A stretch of DNA of 64,000 nucleotides from Candidatus Multivoradales bacterium (lineage in GTDB: Bacteria > Acidobacteriota > Thermoanaerobaculia > Multivoradales > J023). Shown here piece after piece: positions 58,414 to 64,000 of this stretch; positions within the stretch are counted from its first letter, which is position 1, and every line of letters starts with the position of its first letter. The notes below the pieces were generated by a model, which saw nothing but the letters and a program-made list of their open reading frames with translations, made no database searches and was not told the origin of the DNA. The translations under genes and the position numbers were made by a program. Location: positions 2,240,001 through 2,304,000 of the forward strand of contig CBDFLE010000006.1 of NCBI GenBank assembly GCA_965248925.1. Direction: 5' to 3'.

Positions 58414-59981
58414 GGCGGCGTCTCCTCGCGGCGCGCGGCACTGTAGTAGCTGGCGCCGCGGACGTTGCGGTGCTCGATCGGCGCCGTCACTTCGGTGGGC
58501 TCGGGCGCTGCTTGCTGGTCCAGGCCGCTCTTCAGGATCGACTTCACGCTCTTGTAGGACAGGCCGTGAATGGCGAGCGCGCGGCGGCACGCAGCCTCCA
58601 AACGATTGGCACCATAGGTCTTGCCCAGGCGCATCAGCCCCAGACACGAGCGAAAGCCGTGCTGAGGATGGGAGCGGTTAAGCATGATGGTCTCCACCAG
58701 TTCGGCCGTCGCCTGGCCTGTTTTCGCCGCCCAGCTGATCAGCCGTGTCGGTGTCCACTCCAGGTACGCCTGGTGCGCTTTGGGCATGTGCTCGCTCTGG
58801 GTCGTGTGCCGACCCCGACACCGATTGCGACGATGAGCAGCCACACGCTTGCCGCGATCGAGCACCTCCACCAGTTGCGCCGTCGCCCGCAGATCGAGCT
58901 GCTTCTTGATCAGCTGGTACGGCACACTGTAATAGTGGCCCTCGAACTCGACGTGGTAGTCCGGGGCAACGCGTACCTTCTTCCATTCGGCAAGCTCGTA
59001 GGGCTGGAGCGGCAAAGCACCCAGAGCAGGACGATCGACCTGCTCGAACAGCGCTCGGCGCGAGACGCCCAACACCTTCAGCGGACGGTCGTTAAGCTCG
59101 ACCAGAAGCTTCGCGATGCTCTCGTTGAGCTCTCGCAGGCTGAAGAACTGCTGGTTACGCAGCCGGGCCAGAATCCAGCGCTCCACTTGCAATACACCGT
59201 TTTCGACCTTCGCCTTGTCTTGGGGCTTCCTCACCCGCGCCGGCACCACCGCCACGCCGTAGTGCTCGGCCAACTCCGCGTAGGTGCGATTGATCTCCGG
59301 CTCGTAGCGGCACGGGCTGGTCACGCCGCTCTTCAGATTGTCCGGCACCACCAGCTCGCTCACCCCGCCCAGAGCCGCGAAGGTCCGCACATGAGAGCCG
59401 ATCCAGTCCTCCAGGCCCTGGCTCCACGTTGATTCGGCATAGGTGTAGTTGCTCGCCCCCAGCACCGCCACGAAGATCTGCGCTTCGCGCGCTTTGCCAG
59501 TCGCCGGGTCGATCACCCTCACGGTCTGTCCGGCATAGTCGACGAACAGCTTCTCGCCCGCCCGGTAGGCTTGGCGCAGGCACACATCCAGGCGCCCTTC
59601 CCAGATCCGGTACAGCTGACAGAAGCGGCTGAGACCGTAGCCGTCAGGATGGTCCTCCCGGTACTCCTGCCACAGCAGCGACAGGGTTACGCACTTCTTC
59701 TTCAGCTCGCCATGCACCTTGGTCCAGTCGGGCAAGGCTCGCTGACCACCCCTCCGAAGCGGCTGCGGCCGAGGGTACAGGCGTTGCTCCAGCTCAGCGT
59801 CGCTCAAAGCTGCTACTTGCTCCCAGCTCAGGCCTTCAACCTTGGCTCGCAGCAGGTAGTTGCACACCGTCACGTGGCCCAGCCGAACCGACCGTCCGAT
59901 CTGGCGGTGCGACAGGCCATGCTGCCATTTCAGTCTCAGTACCTCGCGTATCTTGCGCATCGATGTCCTCACTCTCGGCAT
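58407..59981 (-). CDS. istA: IS21 transposase
   Basis: MRKIREVLRL, FVDYAG, VPDNLKSGV, KAKVE and YYSVP motifs. Confidence 0.96.
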   Translation of the reverse strand: MPRVRTSMRKIREVLRLKWQHGLSHRQIGRSVRLGHVTVCNYLLRAKVEGLSWEQVAALSDAELEQRLYPRPQPLRRGGQRALPDWTKVHGELKKKCVTLSLLWQEYREDHPDGYGLSRFCQLYRIWEGRLDVCLRQAYRAGEKLFVDYAGQTVRVIDPATGKAREAQIFVAVLGASNYTYAESTWSQGLEDWIGSHVRTFAALGGVSELVVPDNLKSGVTSPCRYEPEINRTYAELAEHYGVAVVPARVRKPQDKAKVENGVLQVERWILARLRNQQFFSLRELNESIAKLLVELNDRPLKVLGVSRRALFEQVDRPALGALPLQPYELAEWKKVRVAPDYHVEFEGHYYSVPYQLIKKQLDLRATAQLVEVLDRGKRVAAHRRNRCRGRHTTQSEHMPKAHQAYLEWTPTRLISWAAKTGQATAELVETIMLNRSHPQHGFRSCLGLMRLGKTYGANRLEAACRRALAIHGLSYKSVKSILKSGLDQQAAPEPTEVTAPIEHRNVRGASYYSAARREETPPC

Positions 59982-60733
59982 CCAATCCTCCTTTCAAGGA
60001 GGCTGGAATACCCCAATTGTGAGGAGCGCGCTACCGTCGAACTCCGCCGTGGCCAGGATTCCGATCCAATCTGACCACCCATTCCGATCGACCCGGAAAA
60101 GTGGTCACTTTCGATCGGAATCGATGGTCAGATTCCGTTGGAATCACTGGTCACTTTCAATCGGAATCGGTGGTCGGTTTCCGTCGGTGCAGGCAGGAGT
60201 AGCAGGGCATCTTCGAAGGACGAGAAAGGCCACCGACAATCTCCCATGCGTGCGCACGGGAGAGGTAGATGATCTTCGCGAAGAGCGCAGAGCCATCGAT
60301 GCGGTTGGCCTCGCCCTCACGGGGATGATCGCTGGCTGTTGATGAAGAGAGTGCTTCCAGAATCCAAGAGGTGAAATGCTCCCGTCATGATGAAGAAGAT
60401 GTGGATGAGAGCCGAGGAGTCGGCGGACAGCTCAGGCAGACGCGAAGCCCGCCAATGGCGGGGTTGCGGTGTCGTCATGTCTGGCGAAGTTGTCGCACTC
60501 AGCGGTGGTTGCCGAGCAGCCACAAAGTGGCTGCCTATTACAGAACGGTCCGATTTCGCGTTGAGCTGCACAGCAGCCGCTCGTGAGCAAGTGAGCGATT
60601 GGCCGCACGCGTTCGCAGGGGAGCAAGATTGCAACTGCACCCCCCGTCCCGATGCAGTGCATCGGGACGGGTATCTCGCGATGGGCTGCCGCCCCTTCGA
60701 ACCCCAAGAAAAGAACCGGCAGCAGGAGGTTTG

Positions 60734-61978
60734 TCAGTTTTCTGGAGCCGCCGACTCGGACCCGGCCGAACCAGGTGTGCCAGGTTCCTCAGAGTTCAAG
60801 GCGACATCCTGTACCGCACCTTCATTGAGCAGCGATCGATCCAGCCGGAAAAGGGGGGAGCCTTCGGTATAGCCACGGAGCCAGACGTAGCGGGCGCCCA
60901 CCGCTACCTGGGTCAGTGTGCCATCGAGTCCTTCCGGCAGAGTGAACGCTGTGCGGCGTACTTCGTTGGTGCCGGGATCGAAGACATCCATTTGATAGAT
61001 GCCCTTGAAGGCTCTGCGATCGAGGAGCCAGTAGAGCTGTCCCGGATTCAAGCCCCAGTCGAGATCGACCATGACTGGCCTATCAAGGCGGGCGCTGATG
61101 CGGGTGAGCGCGCGCGACTCCGGCCTCTTCGCAAGATCTCGGCCAGGTGTTGGGAGTTTGGGATCACTGCCGGCTGGTTCCGCCGCAGCAGTGTCGGAAT
61201 CCTGCTCGACCTCAACAGTGGCTTCTTCGGCGGCGGGCAGCGTGAAATCCAACTCGGAATCATGGAGCTGATCCTCTAGCTCGAGATCAGGAGCGAGCTT
61301 GATGATCCGATAGCTCCCAAGTTCACCAGCCCACAGCGCGTTGTCTCCCCAGGTGAGGCGGAGGGAGCGAGCCGTCGCCGGGAGAGGATGCTCCATTTCG
61401 TTCTCGATCAAGCCTCTGGCAACGATGTCGCCATCGTCGTCATAGATCACCACGCGCGGGACCTCGTCACCAAACGACCGCCTGGCCAGAAAGGTGCCCT
61501 TGTGAACGGGATTCGGGACGTTGGTCAGCGCCAGGGCGAAGTCTCCTCGCGGCAGGGCCGCCACATCACTCGGCTGGAAGATCCGCTGTTGGGATCGCAA
61601 ACTGCCGTCGCGCGCGGAGAATACGGCGGCGCCGGTATGGCCGGAAAAAGCGATGTAGCCATCGCTGAAGCTCATGCGAATTAAGGTGATCGGATGCTCC
61701 AGCGCTTCAAGACGCAGGGGAACCGGATCGCCCCAGGACTGCCCTTTCTCCGTATAGCGCTGTACTACAGCCAGTTCAGGCAAGTAGACGAACAGCTCTC
61801 GGCCTTTGTCACCGGTCGCGATCAGGGCGTCTTTGGCAACAATCGCAGCCAGCTCTTCAGGAGCCAACTCTGCCGCAATACGGGGAACCGAAGTCCCCGC
61901 TTTTTCCACGGCGGACAGCGAACTCGCCGCCAGCCAGAACACGGCAAGCGACCACACGAAGGGGCGGATGGGGAACAT
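60734..61978 (-). CDS. Secreted protein, probable beta-propeller
   Basis: Signal peptide MFPIRPFVWSLAVFWLAASSLSA; repeated short beta-strand/turn units (LFVY, PSDVAALPRG, LWAG, LYWL). Confidence 0.7.
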   Translation of the reverse strand: MFPIRPFVWSLAVFWLAASSLSAVEKAGTSVPRIAAELAPEELAAIVAKDALIATGDKGRELFVYLPELAVVQRYTEKGQSWGDPVPLRLEALEHPITLIRMSFSDGYIAFSGHTGAAVFSARDGSLRSQQRIFQPSDVAALPRGDFALALTNVPNPVHKGTFLARRSFGDEVPRVVIYDDDGDIVARGLIENEMEHPLPATARSLRLTWGDNALWAGELGSYRIIKLAPDLELEDQLHDSELDFTLPAAEEATVEVEQDSDTAAAEPAGSDPKLPTPGRDLAKRPESRALTRISARLDRPVMVDLDWGLNPGQLYWLLDRRAFKGIYQMDVFDPGTNEVRRTAFTLPEGLDGTLTQVAVGARYVWLRGYTEGSPLFRLDRSLLNEGAVQDVALNSEEPGTPGSAGSESAAPEN

Positions 61979-61989
61979 TCGATCCGCGC

Positions 61990-62172
61990 CTAGCAATTGG
62001 TGGAGTTTTCCACAGACAGATACCAGACGACGTTGTGGTTATCGTCTTCGGTCGTGCAGATCCAACCCCCGTCCCAACAGTTGCAAGCGGTGTGCTGGGC
62101 CGCTACTGGCAGGGCAGCAAAAGCCAGAAGTATCAGAATTCCGACGAACGGCAAACGAACTCTTTTCTTCAT
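61990..62172 (-). CDS. Secreted four-cysteine peptide 2
   Basis: MKKRVRLPFVGILILLAFAALPVAA-QHTACNCWDGGWIC...STNC; TAATG overlap with the upstream gene. Confidence 0.72.
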   Translation of the reverse strand: MKKRVRLPFVGILILLAFAALPVAAQHTACNCWDGGWICTTEDDNHNVVWYLSVENSTNC

Positions 62173-62561
62173 TACTGTTTTCCTTCCGAATAGAGAACGA
62201 GTGTTGGTGGCGTGCCTTCAACGTCCCAGGAACAGTGGCTCTGCTGGCAGACCTCATCGAGAGCATCTCGCAGCGGCCGCAGGGAAACTTCGCCCTGAAA
62301 CTCAGCGTCAGCATCTCCCACGACTTCCAGTCGACCACCGAAAAGAGCGAAGGCAAGATCAGCAAACACTTGCCGCACCGGCCTGGCTTCATAGGCCGCG
62401 AACTCAACTGCGTTGTCGAGGATCGCGAGGTCACTGTGCTGAGCCGAGTGGCTCTGAACCTCGTTGCTACTTACTGGCGTTGGGGATGAGGGGTTGGAAG
62501 ACGTGCAGCCCGCCACAGGCAGCACCAGGAGCGAGGCCAGGAGCGAGGCCAGGCGGGTCAT
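62172..62561 (-). CDS. Lipoprotein with an STN (secretin/TonB N-terminal)-like domain
   Basis: GGAGG RBS, lipobox VAGC, PVRQVFADLA...PLRDALDEVC....CSW. Confidence 0.7.
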   Translation of the reverse strand: MTRLASLLASLLVLPVAGCTSSNPSSPTPVSSNEVQSHSAQHSDLAILDNAVEFAAYEARPVRQVFADLAFALFGGRLEVVGDADAEFQGEVSLRPLRDALDEVCQQSHCSWDVEGTPPTLVLYSEGKQ

Positions 62562-62909
62562 ATCGTCGCCCTCCAAACAAGGAGAAGTAGGCGGCGCGAA
62601 AGGTTGTGCTGTAGAGCGCCGCTTGAGGGACAGAAGTCTATCAGCATTCGCCGGCTTTCGATAATGCCCTAACTGGAGAGCGAGATCGAATCTACCGAAC
62701 CTTGCTCCCGCCAGCCCGCGGAGATGCGATTTCCAGATCCAGATCTTAAGCATTCGTTAAATCCGTTTCGGTGGGAACCGGCATGCAGGCTGGCTTTCCG
62801 GCTGCCGAGGGGAAGACGCAATAGCTTCGTTGGCAGCCAGTATTTGGGTAGCGTAGCGCCCGCGTCTTGTGAAAGACGTATCTTTTCTACTTCTTTTTCC
62901 CCCATCCCC

Positions 62910-63251
62910 ATGCACGGCACCTACACCCACCGCATCACCAGCAACCTTTACCCCGACCAGTATTTCCAAATCTCCCACGCCGCCCGGAAATTTGACATGC
63001 GCGTCGCCCCCTTCGCCCGCGACGTCACCCTCGCCTATCTCGAGAAGCGCTCCCTCCTGCCCGCTTCTCTGGAAAAGAGGCTGCGCGGTATGATCCGCAA
63101 GATCCGCCGCGTCGGCACCAACCTCAACCAGATTGCCGCTCGCGCCAACACCTACCAACGCACCACTCACGATAACCTCAAGAAAGCCGGCGAACTCGTC
63201 ATCCAGCTCGAACGCCAGGTCACCATCCTCCGCTCGACGCTGGAGTCTTAG
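62910..63251 (+). CDS. MobC-family relaxosome accessory protein
   Basis: IRRVGTNLNQIAARAN signature; directly upstream of a relaxase. Confidence 0.85.
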   Translation: MHGTYTHRITSNLYPDQYFQISHAARKFDMRVAPFARDVTLAYLEKRSLLPASLEKRLRGMIRKIRRVGTNLNQIAARANTYQRTTHDNLKKAGELVIQLERQVTILRSTLES

Positions 63252-63267
63252 CCCAATTCCGCACCCG

Positions 63268-63537
63268 ATGATCATCAAGTCGATGGCGCGTAAGAGCGCC
63301 TCGTTCCGGCAACTCCTCAGCTACATCAGTCGTGTGGAAAAGAGAAGCCGCGCGTTGCTCCACAACCTGCGCTGTGAGAAGGACGATCTGGCGGCGATCA
63401 GCCGGGAGTTCAACGCCAACGCCCAGCTCATGCCACCACGCAAGAACGGAAACACCCGCTATCACGAAGTGCTCAGCTTCGCAGCCGCAGATCGGGAGGA
63501 AGCCACACTGGCTGTGCTTGAGGATGTTAGCGGCTGA
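63268..63537 (+). pseudogene. Truncated MOBP-type relaxase
   Basis: MIIKSMARK...LLSYI (motif I Tyr) and YHEVLSF (motif II); stops before the HUH motif. Confidence 0.78.
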
Positions 63538-64000
63538 GCAAGAACGTCTCTATTCGGAGTAATCCGAGCCCGAGTGCTGCCCCTGCTCGCGACGGGTGGT
63601 GCTTTGGAGATATTTGAGAGACCCCTAGATGTCTTCAGGGCCGGGTGCTGCGCTCTATCGTCGCTTCCACACCATCTCGGTATCGCGCCTGTAATCAGCT
63701 TGTAGTCGCCACGAAAGATCTTGTGCCTTCTGTCGTCGTCCCGACGACTTGCAACGGGTCTCGCGAAGTGATGGAACCAAGCTTCTTCCAGATTTCCTGG
63801 GCGGTTTGAAGACGACAGGATCGCCAGATCAGCACTTCAACCGCCTTGGCGACTCCCATACTCCTTGCGGGCTTCCGCCCACCCTTCGCTCGAAGCAAGA
63901 GAAGGAGTCGAAGGACGGGCAAAGCATGCCGGCACTCTGCTTTGGCCTCGCTTCTGAGCCAAGCTTGCGGCTCACCGCTATCACTCGGTGGACCGTCCAA

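Larger units (their letters stand above)
57295..60195 (-). mobile_element. IS21-family insertion sequence
   Basis: Ends TGCCT...AGGCA with multiple internal repeats (ATTCCGATCGAAA..GACCA); carries istA and istB. Confidence 0.93.
36818..64000. mobile_element. tRNA-Arg-integrated composite mobilisable island (ICE/IME-like); right end not in the window
   Basis: Housekeeping genes stop at the tRNA. Relaxases, coupling proteins, an excisionase-like HTH, a methylase, IS21 and compositionally distinct cargo follow. Confidence 0.85.

Noticed and set aside
60052-60195. Short repeated units (GATTCCGATC...GACCA) that look like a CRISPR array
   Set aside because: They are the multiple transposase-binding repeats of the IS21 end, mirrored at 57295-57345; there are no unique spacers and no cas genes.
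60196-60733. ORFs right of the IS21 (60317-60640, 60387-60872, 60432-60707)
   Set aside because: No RBS, motif or coherent coding signal; probably non-coding or remnant sequence.
62525-62553. 12-bp tandem repeat CCAGGAGCGAGG
   Set aside because: A two-copy in-frame duplication (LASL) within a signal peptide; trivial.
63695-64000. Minus-strand ORF at the window edge
   Set aside because: Partial and without recognisable motifs; cannot be called from this window.

Overview
The window has two halves. Positions 1-36817 are GC-rich core chromosome; the gene families suggest an Acidobacteriota/Thermoanaerobaculia-like host, which is an inference. This half carries purL(partial)-purQ-purS, two metallo-beta-lactamase-fold hydrolases, an Omp85/PD40/metallopeptidase gene, dprA-trmFO-xerC-hslVU, a Fur-boxed Fe3+ ABC transporter, gltA, mobA, a cyclophilin, a cold-shock protein, tRNA-Leu(GAG), secG-tpiA-pgk-gap, a sigma54 two-component module, tsaD, an NYN protein, a deoxynucleoside kinase, thiG and tRNA-Arg(ACG). 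From 36818 to the window end is an integrated, composite mobilisable island. It has att-arm-like repeats after the tRNA, a coupling-protein ATPase, a Replic_Relax (MOBC-like) relaxase and an excisionase-like HTH. It also has a leading-region-like array of microproteins plus a DNA methyltransferase, preceded by Frpo-like ssDNA-promoter hairpins and repeated hairpin/U-tract leaders. Further cargo includes two cassettes encoding secreted four-cysteine peptides, an AraC-TPR regulator, an IS21 element truncating a VirD4 gene, and a decayed mobC-relaxase module. The strongest candidate for a new system is an operon of a small ORF, a ~1060-aa HExxH protein and a SIR2-like protein (putative anti-phage defence). 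No integrase for the island is visible in the window.
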